Below, one piece after another: positions 39,990-49,500 of a DNA stretch of 64,000 nucleotides. The notes under the pieces are model-generated. The model searched no databases. It was not told where the DNA came from and saw nothing but the letters and a program-made list of their open reading frames with translations. Position 1 is the first letter of the stretch. Every line of letters starts with the position of its first letter. This DNA comes from Flavobacteriales bacterium (GTDB taxonomy: Bacteria > Bacteroidota > Bacteroidia > Flavobacteriales_F > PHOS-HE28). The stretch covers positions 708,277 through 772,276 of the forward strand of contig JASGIM010000002.1 in NCBI GenBank assembly GCA_047601855.1. The letters run 5' to 3'. The position numbers and the translations under genes were made by a program.

Positions 39990-40271
39990 TTACCGGAAAC
40001 GCTTCGGGCGACCACGCTCGCGGTCGCCTTGGTTATCCCCGTCGTCGGAGATGTTGGACGGGCTTGTTTTCGAAGAAGTGGTCGGTGTCGCACCGTTGTT
40101 CACGGTGTTCGGATCGGGAGGAGGAGGGGTGCAGGCACCCTTCGCCACGCCATGCCCGGTGGTGGCAGGCGCAACGGGCGCCACCACTTCCTCCTTCGTA
40201 CACGACGTGCCGAGCAATACCAGCGCGAACGCCAGTGAAAGCACCCGGATGGACGTGACTATCCGCTTCAT
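39990..40271 (-). CDS. small lipoprotein (93 aa), translationally coupled to the upstream histidine kinase
   Basis: MKRIVTSIRVLSLAFALVLLGTSC is a lipobox. ATG overlaps the kinase stop (ATGA). Confidence 0.55.
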   Translation of the reverse strand: MKRIVTSIRVLSLAFALVLLGTSCTKEEVVAPVAPATTGHGVAKGACTPPPPDPNTVNNGATPTTSSKTSPSNISDDGDNQGDRERGRPKRFR

Positions 40272-43200
40272 GACCGTTCAAATGTATAGGAAGGATTGGC
40301 CGGATGCAAGTCCCCGGCCACTTTTGCTGTGCTGTCCTTGGAAGGGAGTTCGATAAGGACCCGGGTGCCGCGGGCGATCCCGTCGGCGATCACCTGTTCG
40401 GGCCCGGTGATGCGGATGTCCGCCAGTTCGAGCTTCCGCAGCACGTCGGCGCGGCCCTTGGTGATCTCGATCCCCCGGGAGATGTGGTCGCTTTCCGCCC
40501 CGTTCTTCAGGGCCAGGCTGCGCTCGATCCCGATGCCGTCGTCGATGATCCCCACCTGCGTGCGGCCGCCTGCGCACGGCTCCACGGTGATCCGCACCTC
40601 GCCTTGGTGGTCCATCGGCAGGATGCCATGCCAGATGCTGTTCTCCACGTAGGGTTGCAGCATCATGGCCGGGATGTCGATGGCCTGGGTGTCCACGGCG
40701 GGGTCCACATCGATGGTGTAACGGAACTTGTCCTTGAAACGCATGTGCTCCAGCAGCAGGTAGAGCTCCAGGCGGGACAATTCCTCGGCCAGCGTGGTGG
40801 TATCCGTCTGGCTGGCATCCAGGTTCTTGCGGATGAGCTTCGCGAAGCTGGTGAGGTAGCGGTTGGCCGCCATCCGGTCCTGGCGGTTGATGTAGTACTG
40901 GATGCTGTTGAGCGCGTTGAAGATGAAGTGCCGGTTCATGTTCGCGTTCAAGGCCTGCTGCTCCAGCTGGAGCATGCGTGAACGCAGCATCAGCTGGCGG
41001 GTCTTCTCGCGGCGTTCGCGCCGGACGTGGCGGTAGCGCATCACCGCCCAGGTGGCCAGGACCAGCCCCAGCGCGCAGAGCGCATAGAACCACCAGCGGA
41101 GCCAGTAGGGCGGCGTGATGTGGAGGGTGAACGTGGCCGGGGTGCCCCAATGGCCCGCGCGGTCGCTCGCGCGCACCTCGAACGTGTATTCGCCGTGCGG
41201 CAGGTTCGAATAGCTGGCGAACCGTGCTGCGGTGGGTGGCAGCCAATCGGCGTCGAAACCGATCAGCCGGTATTGGAACCGTACCCGGTCCCCGTCGGCC
41301 AGCGCGATGGCCGTGTAGTCGAACGTCAGGTGGTTCTTGCGGTACACCAGGCGCAGGTCCAACGGCAGGCCGGTCACCGGGTCCCGCCCGTCCGAAACGC
41401 CTTTCCAATCCGTGTCCTGCAGGAAGCTGCGCAGCCCGGTGATGTACACCACCGGCGGTCGTGGGGCCTTGTACAGCATGGCCTTCGCGGGGTCGTACAT
41501 CACCAGCCCGCCGTTGGTGCCGAAGAACAGCCGATCGCGTTGGTCGCGGAAACCGGCGTTCAGGTTGCATTCCATGCCGCGCAGGCCATCGTCCATGGTG
41601 ATGTGCTCGGCCCCGTCGGGATCGGCCAGGAGGCTGTCGGGCGCGGCCCGGAAAAGGCCGTTGTTGGTGCCCACCCACAGGGTGCCCTGCCCGTCCATCA
41701 TCAGCAGGCCCACGTAGTTCGATCCGAAGTCCTGGCCCAGGCGCAGGGCCTTCACGCGGCCACGGTCCACGCAGCTCAGGCCATTGGCCGTGCCGGCCCA
41801 CACGCGCCCCCGGGCATCCCCTTGCAGGCAGAAGATGATGTTGTCCGACAGCCCGTTGGCCGTGTTGAAGCTCCGGGCCTGGCCGTTCTTCCAGCACACC
41901 AGCCCCTGGTCCCCCGCCATCCAAAGGCCCTCGTCGCTTTCGAGGAAGGCACGGATCCCGCGCAGTGGCGTATCCCCGGCCTGTTCCAGGTGCTCGATCG
42001 TGCCGTCGCGGCCGATGATCGTGACACCCTCTCGGGTGCCGCACCACAGGCGGCCATCGGTGCTGCGGTGCAGCGCCAGCACGCGCTGGCCGAGCAGGGC
42101 GTGCGCGCTGTCGCGGTGGGTCACCACGCCGTTGACGATGCGGCACAGGCCATCGCTCGTGCCGAACCACAGCGAGCCGTCCGGGTCGGCCAGGCTGCAC
42201 CAGACGGTGTTGTTCAGCAACCCGTCGCTGGTGGTGATCATCGCCATGCCGTCCTGGCGGCAGATGCCGTTGCCATAGGTGCCCAGCCACACATCCCCGT
42301 GCGTGTCGCTCACCAGGGTCATGATCAGGTCGCTGCACAGGCCGTCGCTCACCGTGCGGGTCACGAAGCGGTCGCCCGCGAAGCGCAGCACGCCCGCGCC
42401 GTCGGTGCCGAACCAGAGCCCGCCGTCGCGGTCCTCGAAGGCGCACCATACGTTGTCGTTCGGCATGCCTTGGTGAACAGTGAACGCGCGGATCCGCCCC
42501 TTCTCCAGCACGTTCAGGCCGAACTTGGTGGTCACCCACAACCGTCCGCGCTGGTCCATCAGCAATCCGCGGATGTTCCTCTGTAGCAGCCCGTTCTCTT
42601 CGTCGTAATGCAGCACCGGTCCGTTGGGTGCGATGCCGATCAGCCCATCGCCGAAGGTGCCCACCCAGATGGTGCCGTCATCGCCCTGGGCCAGGGCACC
42701 CACCGAGGTCTGCGGCGGCAGCCCGGCCACCCGTTCGCAATGCCCGTCGCGCCAGCGCAACAGCCCATCGCGCACGCCCACCAGCACGGACCCATCGCGC
42801 GCCACCAGCAAGGCGCGCGCGCTGGCCACCGTATCGGGATAGCCTTCCAGCGGCGCGGCCACGCCGTGGTGCAGCCGCAGCACCCCGTGGCCGTCCGTGG
42901 CCATGAAGAGGTCACCATCCGGCCCTTCGGCCAGGGCTTGCACCCGCTGCTCGGGCGCCAGGCCCGCGAGCGCCACGGTGCGGCGCTCTTCGCCGCGCAC
43001 GGCCACCAGGGCCGGGCCGCTGGCGAGCCAGAGCGTGCCGTCGCTGGCGGCAAGCACGGCGTTCACCTGCGCATCGGGCAGGCCTTCCTGGAGGGCGTAG
43101 TTGGTGAACCCGTTGCCATCGAAGCGGCTGGCGCCCCCGAGCGTGCCGAACCAGAGGTATCCCTGCGCATCCTGCGCGATCGCGCGCACCTGGCTTTGCG

Positions 43201-43312
43201 CCAAGCCTTCGCGCGGCGTGAACTGCCGGAACCCGAACTGTTGTGCGAGACACGGGAGCGTTACGGCGGCCATTGCCGCCACCGCCGCTCCCAAGGCGCG
43301 CACGCTGCACAT
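40268..43312 (-). CDS. sensor histidine kinase: periplasmic two-component-regulator beta-propeller repeats plus a Y_Y_Y domain, then a LytS/YehU-type His_kinase and HATPase_c
   Basis: Repeated xWxGTxxGLxxxDG propeller blades, then a TM helix (WWFYALCALGLVLATWAV). HFIFNALNSIQYYI is the PF06580 LytS-type H-box. C-terminus GGRTQVGIIDDGIGIE is the G-box. Confidence 0.85.
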   Translation of the reverse strand: MCSVRALGAAVAAMAAVTLPCLAQQFGFRQFTPREGLAQSQVRAIAQDAQGYLWFGTLGGASRFDGNGFTNYALQEGLPDAQVNAVLAASDGTLWLASGPALVAVRGEERRTVALAGLAPEQRVQALAEGPDGDLFMATDGHGVLRLHHGVAAPLEGYPDTVASARALLVARDGSVLVGVRDGLLRWRDGHCERVAGLPPQTSVGALAQGDDGTIWVGTFGDGLIGIAPNGPVLHYDEENGLLQRNIRGLLMDQRGRLWVTTKFGLNVLEKGRIRAFTVHQGMPNDNVWCAFEDRDGGLWFGTDGAGVLRFAGDRFVTRTVSDGLCSDLIMTLVSDTHGDVWLGTYGNGICRQDGMAMITTSDGLLNNTVWCSLADPDGSLWFGTSDGLCRIVNGVVTHRDSAHALLGQRVLALHRSTDGRLWCGTREGVTIIGRDGTIEHLEQAGDTPLRGIRAFLESDEGLWMAGDQGLVCWKNGQARSFNTANGLSDNIIFCLQGDARGRVWAGTANGLSCVDRGRVKALRLGQDFGSNYVGLLMMDGQGTLWVGTNNGLFRAAPDSLLADPDGAEHITMDDGLRGMECNLNAGFRDQRDRLFFGTNGGLVMYDPAKAMLYKAPRPPVVYITGLRSFLQDTDWKGVSDGRDPVTGLPLDLRLVYRKNHLTFDYTAIALADGDRVRFQYRLIGFDADWLPPTAARFASYSNLPHGEYTFEVRASDRAGHWGTPATFTLHITPPYWLRWWFYALCALGLVLATWAVMRYRHVRRERREKTRQLMLRSRMLQLEQQALNANMNRHFIFNALNSIQYYINRQDRMAANRYLTSFAKLIRKNLDASQTDTTTLAEELSRLELYLLLEHMRFKDKFRYTIDVDPAVDTQAIDIPAMMLQPYVENSIWHGILPMDHQGEVRITVEPCAGGRTQVGIIDDGIGIERSLALKNGAESDHISRGIEITKGRADVLRKLELADIRITGPEQVIADGIARGTRVLIELPSKDSTAKVAGDLHPANPSYTFERS

Positions 43313-44071
43313 TCAGAACGTGTTGATCATGGCGAGGAAGTCCGGCAGGCGGCGCCGGCTCACGGGGATCAGTGCGCCGTTGTCCAGTTGCGCCATGTTG
43401 CCCTCGCTGCGGCTGAAGCCCTTCAGATGCTCCAGGTTGATGATGTACGACTTATGCACGCGGAAGAACTTCTTCGGGTCGAGGTTGGTCTCGAACACGC
43501 GGATGTGCTTGCTGCTGATGGTGCGCTTGCCGTCGCGGGTGAACACGGTGGTGTAGCTGTCGCTGGCCTCGAGGTAGAGGATGTCCTCGTGCTTCAGCAG
43601 CACCAGCCCGTCGCGGCTGGGCACGGCCACGCGCGTGCTCAGGGGCGAGGCCGGGTCGCTCATCAATGCCTGCAGCGCGCTGGTGTGCTCGTGCGCCGCG
43701 GCCGGATCGCCCGCGGTGCGCACCAGCTTCTTCACGGCCCGCTTCAGGTCCTCGGGATCGATGGGCTTCTCCAGGTAGTCCAGCGCGTTCTGCTTGAAGG
43801 CTTGCAGGGCGTATTCATCGTAGGCCGTGGTGAAGATCACGGGCAGTTCCAGGTCGGCGATCGAGCGCAGCAGCGCGAAGCCGTCCTCGCCCGGCATCTT
43901 GATGTCCAGGAAGAGCGCTTCGGGCTTCTCGGCCTCGATGGCCTTCCGCGCCTGCGCGGCGCTGCCCGCCTGGGCCACCACCGTCACCTCCGGGCAGTAT
44001 TCCTCCAGCATCAGGCGCAGGTTGTCCCGCGCATCGGCTTCATCATCCACGATAAGGGCACGCAAGGCCAT
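43313..44071 (-). CDS. LytTR-family response regulator (REC + LytTR)
   Basis: LIVDDEADARDNL...LFLDIKMPGEDGF is the receiver domain. C-terminus LLKHEDILYLEASDSYTTVFT...FRVHKSYIINLEH is LytTR. Confidence 0.9.
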   Translation of the reverse strand: MALRALIVDDEADARDNLRLMLEEYCPEVTVVAQAGSAAQARKAIEAEKPEALFLDIKMPGEDGFALLRSIADLELPVIFTTAYDEYALQAFKQNALDYLEKPIDPEDLKRAVKKLVRTAGDPAAAHEHTSALQALMSDPASPLSTRVAVPSRDGLVLLKHEDILYLEASDSYTTVFTRDGKRTISSKHIRVFETNLDPKKFFRVHKSYIINLEHLKGFSRSEGNMAQLDNGALIPVSRRRLPDFLAMINTF

Positions 44072-44181
44072 GACACAATGGGGTTGTGCCGAAAACTAAC
44101 CGGCCGCCCCTATCCGTCCGGCATGCAGGGACCAACGGTGGGAACGATCGAGCGGATCGTGCGGTGCGCCGAGCGAAGCGT

Positions 44182-44970
44182 TCATCCCGTTCCGCGCACG
44201 GCGTCCAGGAACGCTTTCACGCGTTCCCGCGCGATGGGGATGCGTTCGCCATCGCGCATCACGGCCCAGTGGCCATCCTCGCGCACGTACTCCCGTATCT
44301 GCTCGGTGTTCACGATGTGCGAACGGTGCACGCGCAGGAACTGGAGCGGATCGAGCATGTCCTCGTACACCTTCATCGTGCGGGTGTCCAGGTAACGGGA
44401 GCCGTCGGTGAAGTGCAGCACTGTGCGGTTGCCATCGGCCTCGAGCGAGGAGATGGTGCGCGGATCGAAGAGCTTGAAGCCTTTGGCGTGGTCCACGGCC
44501 AGCCGGGGCGCGCTTTCGTGCGATCGGATGGCCTGCACGGCGTTCAGCAGGTCTTCGCGGTAGCCGGTGCGTTCGCCCTCCGCATGGTGCAGCAGTTCCC
44601 AGCGTTTCAGGGCCTTGCCCACGGCGGCCTTCAGTTCGTCGGGGTCGATGGGCTTCAGGATGTAGTCCACCGCGTTCGCGTGGAAGGCCTGCACCGCGTG
44701 GTCCTTGAAGGCCGTGACGAAGATGACCATGAAGCGGCCCTCCGCTTCGCTCTCCAGCAGGTCCAGTCCTTCGGTGCCGCTGGGCATGCGGATGTCCAGG
44801 AACAACAGGTCGGGATCGAGCTCTGCGATGCGGGCCCGTGCGCTCACCGGACCGTCGGCGGTGCCCACCACCTCCACTTCCACGGCGGCATCCTCCAGCA
44901 TCATGCGCAGGTTCTCGCGGGCGAGCTCCTCATCGTCCACCAACAACGCGCGCAGCTTGGTATCGGCCAT
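44182..44970 (-). CDS. LytTR-family response regulator (second, tandem)
   Basis: LLVDDEELARENL...LFLDIRMPSGTEG is the receiver domain. C-terminus RVHRSHIVNTEQIREY is LytTR. Confidence 0.9.
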   Translation of the reverse strand: MADTKLRALLVDDEELARENLRMMLEDAAVEVEVVGTADGPVSARARIAELDPDLLFLDIRMPSGTEGLDLLESEAEGRFMVIFVTAFKDHAVQAFHANAVDYILKPIDPDELKAAVGKALKRWELLHHAEGERTGYREDLLNAVQAIRSHESAPRLAVDHAKGFKLFDPRTISSLEADGNRTVLHFTDGSRYLDTRTMKVYEDMLDPLQFLRVHRSHIVNTEQIREYVREDGHWAVMRDGERIPIARERVKAFLDAVRGTG

Positions 44971-45205
44971 GCCGACGAATGTACGCGGACCGCTGGTCAG
45001 GGATGGATCTTACGTGGGACCGCTCGTCCCTTGATGGCGGCCGTTGCTCGTTCGGCATTTCCCCGGCGCTGCGTGGCGCGGTAGTTTGGTAGTGAACGCA
45101 CAAAACCCCTCGTAGCTATGCACGTACATGTTCCCCATAAGGCCGCGCTGCCGTGGATCTTCAACGACCAGGGCAACTAGCCCTGGCGAAGGCTGATGCT
45201 TGACG

Positions 45206-45237
45206 GAAGGCCCCGATGCGTCGGGGCTTTTCCGTGC
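45206..45237 (+). terminator. rho-independent terminator (GGCCCCGA-TGCG-TCGGGGC followed by TTTTCC) on the + strand with no upstream + strand gene
   Basis: Read directly. May mark the 3' end of an sRNA or leader spanning ~45080-45237. Confidence 0.4.
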
Positions 45238-45283
45238 ATGGAACCCGGCCGCCCGATGGGACGTAGAAGGGGCGATCCCCAGT

Positions 45284-45710
45284 GCCATGCGCCCCAACGA
45301 CCAACACGAGCTCCGCATCCGCGTCGACCAGATCGAACGGCTGCTCATGTTCGACTATGATCCCGCCCACGAGGATGCGTTGTACGACATCTGCGACCCC
45401 CAGGGCCATATCCTGAAGACGGGGGAGATCGCGGGCCGGTGACCCGCGTCCGCCTCACCGATGTGAACGGTGATGACCTGCTCCTGATGGTGCTGGACGG
45501 CGACTCGTCCACCGTTCGTTCCATCCAACTCCGCAAGGCCAGTTGAGCCCTTCCTCTTCCGCATACCGTGTCCCGTTCTATCGGGGCATGACCGTGGTCG
45601 GCACGGCGCTCTCCCGCGATGAAGAGGGTGGCCTGTGCCACCTGCTCGTGGTGGATACCACCCTACCCGATGAGGTGGAGGTGGCCTACGAGGTGTTGCC
45701 CCGACGCTGA
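45284..45710 (+). other. three tiny overlapping coding-like ORFs in three frames (52, 35 and 40 aa): 45284..45442, 45439..45546 (GTG), 45588..45710
   Basis: All three show strong GC3 bias. ORF2's GTG overlaps ORF1's stop (GGTGA). Peptides MRPNDQHELRIRVDQIERLLMFDYDPAHEDALYDICDPQGHILKTGEIAGR / VTRVRLTDVNGDDLLLMVLDGDSSTVRSIQLRKAS / MTVVGTALSRDEEGGLCHLLVVDTTLPDEVEVAYEVLPRR. Either a frameshifted single gene or a small-protein operon. Confidence 0.3.
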
Positions 45711-45964
45711 GGCTTCCGTTCCCGCCGTTCCCCATCCCTCCCGTACCGTTGCTCTTTCCGGCCCTGCGGCCGGAGGTGCTTGGTGGTAGTTTGGTATCCG
45801 AAGGACGTTGTGGTGACGTCCGTTCACTATCGGTACTGGTTTTGGTTTGGCGGAATGTGTGAGGCCCCGGCGATTCGGGGCCTCCGCATGTCCAGGCGGT
45901 GCTGGCCGGATGCAACTCCGGGCCCGGTTTCCCGTAGGAGGGTGCGGCCCAAAAGACCCTACGG

Positions 45965-47917
45965 ATGATGACCGCTTCCATGCCTTCCTCCAAAAAGGCC
46001 GGCATGTGCCTGATCGGCTTCCTGCTTTTCGCCCTTCCCCCGGCCTACGCGCAGCAGCCCGGCGGTGTCAGCACGAACCTGCGGGCCTGGTTCAAGGCGG
46101 ATGCGAACGCGTACTACACCACGTCGCCGCTTGCCCTCTGCACTAATAGCCAAGTGGTGACGCAATGGCGCGACCAGACCGCCAACGCGCTGCACCTGGG
46201 CCAGACCACCACCGCGCAGAAGCCCACGTGGTCCAATGGCTCTTCCGCGGCCTACCAGAACTACAATCCGTCGATCAAGTTCACGAACAACTACCTGTTC
46301 CGTGCCGCGCCGGGCATCCTGGCCAATGGGGCCACCTATGACAAACTGAACCTGTACGTGGTCTACTACGACTACGATGCGGCCGACTTCGATTGGCTGT
46401 TCTACGCCGGTGGCACTTCCGGTCTCGATCGTCTGTCCGTGTCCATGAACTACGGGGGAGCCGCCTCGTTGGATTGCGACGTGCCTGCCACCTATAACCG
46501 GGTAACGGCGAGCACTTCCACGGAGCTACCCGCGGGCCGCACGAACATCCTGGCCGTAAAGGCGGACAATACCGGCATCTACGGTGGCGGCGAGGCCAAC
46601 AAGGTGCAATACTTCGCGAACGGCACAGCGGGTGCAGCGAAGACCACGCGCACCTCCATCACCCACAGCAACCAACCCACGCAAATAGGGGACAATGAGC
46701 TGGCGACCGGTGATGCGCCGAACAATCCATTCACCGGTGAACTAGCCGAACTGTTCCTCTACACCGGCAGCATTTCCCAGGTGCAGCATCAGCGCATCGA
46801 GAGCTATCTGGCGCTGAAGTATGCGGTCACCATCGGGCATGATCTATTCGCTTCTACTGGCACGAACATCTTCAGCCGCACGGGCGCCTACACCAACAAC
46901 ATCATCGGCATCGGGTCCGACAGCGGCTCCGGCCTTGTACAGAAGCAATCGCGCCAGGCGGACGATTCCACGCGCATCTTCATCGCATCGCTGGCCGCTA
47001 CCAACGCTGCCAACACGGGCACCTTCAGCAGCAGCGGCCAGTTCGTGGTGATCGGCCAGAACGGCGGCAAAATGCGCAGCGCCACCGGCACGGGCAGCGA
47101 GCGGCCCAGCGGCATACTCTCGCGCATCGACCGCGAATGGAAGGTGACGAACACGGCATTTCCGGGCACCTTCGGCCTGAACTTCAAATTGAACACGACC
47201 CCGATCACCGCCAACGATCTGCGCCTGTTGGTGGACGATGATGGCGACTTCACCGATGCCAAGGTCTATAGCCTGGCGAACGGCCTCACCATCACGTACA
47301 CCAGTGGCGTCGTGTCCATCACGGGCATCACCAACGCGATGGTGCCGCAGAACAGCACGCGCTATTTCACCATCGGCTCGGTGAACGCGGGCACGCCCCT
47401 GCCAGTGGAACTGCTCTTCTTCGATGCGCAGCCCGTCGGGAGCTCGGCCGTGCAACTTGCCTGGGCCACCGCTTCGGAACGCGATAACGATCACTTCGAC
47501 GTGGAGCGCAGCACTGATGGCCGTACCTTCATGCGCATCGTCACGGTGGTTGGCAACGGCACGTCCATGCAGCGCATCGACTATGGCCTGCGCGATGAGC
47601 AGCCGCAGCCGGGCATCAACTACTACCGCTTGAAGCAGGTGGACGTGGACGGGGCTTTCGTCCACAGCGAGGTCAGGCCGGTGTCCATCCCGATGAACGC
47701 TGGGACCTTATCGGTCGTGCCGAACCCCGCGCGCGACGTGGCACGCTTGAGCGGCCTTACTGCAGAGGAGGCCGTGGACGTCCGCTTGTTCGATGTGGCC
47801 GGCCGACCTGTTCCGATGCCACCAGTGGCCGATGGCCTGCTCGATCTGGCGGCCTTGCCATCGGGCTTGTACGTGCTCCGCGCTGGCGACCGCATGGCGC
47901 GGATCCTGAAGGAATAA
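45965..47917 (+). CDS. T9SS C-terminal-sorting-domain (type A) secreted protein, 650 aa
   Basis: Signal peptide MCLIGFLLFALPPAYAQ. C-terminus LSVVPNPARDVARLSGL...GLYVLRAGDRMARILKE matches Por_Secre_tail. Confidence 0.75.
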   Translation: MMTASMPSSKKAGMCLIGFLLFALPPAYAQQPGGVSTNLRAWFKADANAYYTTSPLALCTNSQVVTQWRDQTANALHLGQTTTAQKPTWSNGSSAAYQNYNPSIKFTNNYLFRAAPGILANGATYDKLNLYVVYYDYDAADFDWLFYAGGTSGLDRLSVSMNYGGAASLDCDVPATYNRVTASTSTELPAGRTNILAVKADNTGIYGGGEANKVQYFANGTAGAAKTTRTSITHSNQPTQIGDNELATGDAPNNPFTGELAELFLYTGSISQVQHQRIESYLALKYAVTIGHDLFASTGTNIFSRTGAYTNNIIGIGSDSGSGLVQKQSRQADDSTRIFIASLAATNAANTGTFSSSGQFVVIGQNGGKMRSATGTGSERPSGILSRIDREWKVTNTAFPGTFGLNFKLNTTPITANDLRLLVDDDGDFTDAKVYSLANGLTITYTSGVVSITGITNAMVPQNSTRYFTIGSVNAGTPLPVELLFFDAQPVGSSAVQLAWATASERDNDHFDVERSTDGRTFMRIVTVVGNGTSMQRIDYGLRDEQPQPGINYYRLKQVDVDGAFVHSEVRPVSIPMNAGTLSVVPNPARDVARLSGLTAEEAVDVRLFDVAGRPVPMPPVADGLLDLAALPSGLYVLRAGDRMARILKE

Positions 47918-48041
47918 GCTACCTGGCCCTTTCCAAACCTGCGCTTCCGCAGGCCGAAGTGGTCTTCGATCTGGTTGCGCGATCAGGGACCGTTCCCCAT
48001 GCTTCGCGCCCACGAGCGTGGAAATGATCGTTCGTGCTCGC

Positions 48042-49346
48042 TTACGCTACTACAGCCTTGCGGCTCATCAGTTCCTCAATGGCCTCCGCCTCGATCGGGA
48101 TGTTCGCGAACAGGTCCGTGTTCCCGTTCTTGCCGATGAGGATGTTGTTCTCCAGCCGGATGCCCAGCTTCTCCTCGCGGATGTAGATGCCTGGCTCGAT
48201 GGTGAAGACCATGTCCTCGGACACCGGTTCGTTCCACAGGCCCACGTCGTGTACATCGAGGCCGAGGAAGTGGCTGGTGCCGTGCATGAAGTAGCGCTTG
48301 TACAGCGGGCGCTCAGGATCCTGTTCAGATACTTCGGCCTTGTCCAGCAGGCCCAGGCCGATCAGCTCGCTCTCCATGATGCGGCCCACCTCCTTGTGGT
48401 AGTCGGCCATCATTACGCCGGGGCGCAGGATCTTGAACGCCTCGCGCTGCACGCGCAGCACCGCATCGTACACCGCGCGCTGGCGGGGCGAGAAGCGGCC
48501 GTTCACGGGGATGCTGCGCGTGAGGTCGCTCGCGTAGCCGCCGTACTCGCAGCCGAAATCCATCAGGATCACCTCGCCTTCGTTGCACACCATGTCGTTG
48601 GTGATGTAGTGCAGCACGCAGGCGTTGTAGCCGCTGCCGATGATGGGCGTATAGGCATGCCCGCGCGAGCCGTTGCGGATGAACTCGTGCGTGATCTCCG
48701 CCTCGATCTCATACTCCTTCACGCCCGGCTTCACGAAGCGGCATACCCGCTCGAAGGCCTTGCCCGTGATGTTGATGGCACGCTGCATCTGTGCCACCTC
48801 TTCGCGCGTCTTGCGGCTGCGGATCCGGTGCATGATCGGTGCGCTGCGCCTCACGCTGTGCAGCGGGTACAGCGCGCGCAGCTCCTTGTTCTTGCGTTCC
48901 TCGCGCGTCTCCACCTCGTTGCCCTGGCGCAGGTGCTCGTTGCCGTTCAGGTACAGGTGCTCGGCCTGCGGCACCAGCCGCTTGATCGTGGCGTCGTAGC
49001 TGCTGGTCCACAGCACGGTGGCGATGCCGCTCAGTTCGCGGGCCTCGGCCTGTGTGAACTTGGCGCCCTCCCAGATCGCGATGTGCTCGTTGGTCTCGCG
49101 CACGAAGAGGATCTCGCGGTCCTTCGGATCCACTGCGTCGGGGAAGAGCAGCAGCACCGTTTCCTCCTGGTCGATGCCCGTGAGGTACATGATGTCCGCG
49201 GCCTGCTTGAAGGGCATGGTGCCGTCCGCGCTGGTGGGCATGATGTCGTTGCTGTGGAACACGGCCAGCCCGCCTTTTTCCATGTGCTGGCGGAAACGGG
49301 CGCGGTGCTCGCGGTAGGTGGCGGCGGAAAGAGGGGTGTAGCGCAT
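48042..49346 (-). CDS. pepP: Xaa-Pro aminopeptidase (M24B, PepP)
   Basis: HYITNDMVCNEGEVILMDFGCEYGGYASDLTRS, HGTSHFLGLDVHD and a C-terminal EPGIYI block. Start set at MRYTPLSAATY. The 45 extra N-terminal codons of the listed ORF run through repeat element B. Confidence 0.85.
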   Translation of the reverse strand: MRYTPLSAATYREHRARFRQHMEKGGLAVFHSNDIMPTSADGTMPFKQAADIMYLTGIDQEETVLLLFPDAVDPKDREILFVRETNEHIAIWEGAKFTQAEARELSGIATVLWTSSYDATIKRLVPQAEHLYLNGNEHLRQGNEVETREERKNKELRALYPLHSVRRSAPIMHRIRSRKTREEVAQMQRAINITGKAFERVCRFVKPGVKEYEIEAEITHEFIRNGSRGHAYTPIIGSGYNACVLHYITNDMVCNEGEVILMDFGCEYGGYASDLTRSIPVNGRFSPRQRAVYDAVLRVQREAFKILRPGVMMADYHKEVGRIMESELIGLGLLDKAEVSEQDPERPLYKRYFMHGTSHFLGLDVHDVGLWNEPVSEDMVFTIEPGIYIREEKLGIRLENNILIGKNGNTDLFANIPIEAEAIEELMSRKAVVA

Positions 49347-49390
49347 GGCAGTGGCCGAGGCGTGGATGGATGGGACGAAGGTAGCAGGGG

Positions 49391-49500
49391 TGGAATGTCC
49401 AACTTCCAAATGCTCAACGCTGAATGATGAATGTCCAACGCTCAGCGGCCGGGCGCGCATTGACCATTCAGCATTGATCATTCATCATTCAGCGTTGAGC
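49391..49500. repeat. GAATG-heptad palindromic element (copy B) upstream of pepP
   Basis: Perfect 22-bp inverted repeat GCTCAACGCTGAATGATGAATG / CATTCATCATTCAGCGTTGAGC (49412-49433 and 49479-49500), with nested direct repeats of GAATGTCCAAC. Confidence 0.7.

Noticed and set aside
40278-42539. 753-aa alternative-frame ORF inside the histidine kinase gene
   Set aside because: Same-strand out-of-frame shadow, Arg/Pro/Gly-rich. The kinase frame carries all the domain signatures.
45083-45795. 12-nt direct repeat GGTAGTTTGGTA (45083 and 45784) as LytTR binding sites
   Set aside because: Only two copies, and no second half-site at the 12-13 nt spacing that LytTR regulators require. Mentioned only within the small-ORF finding.
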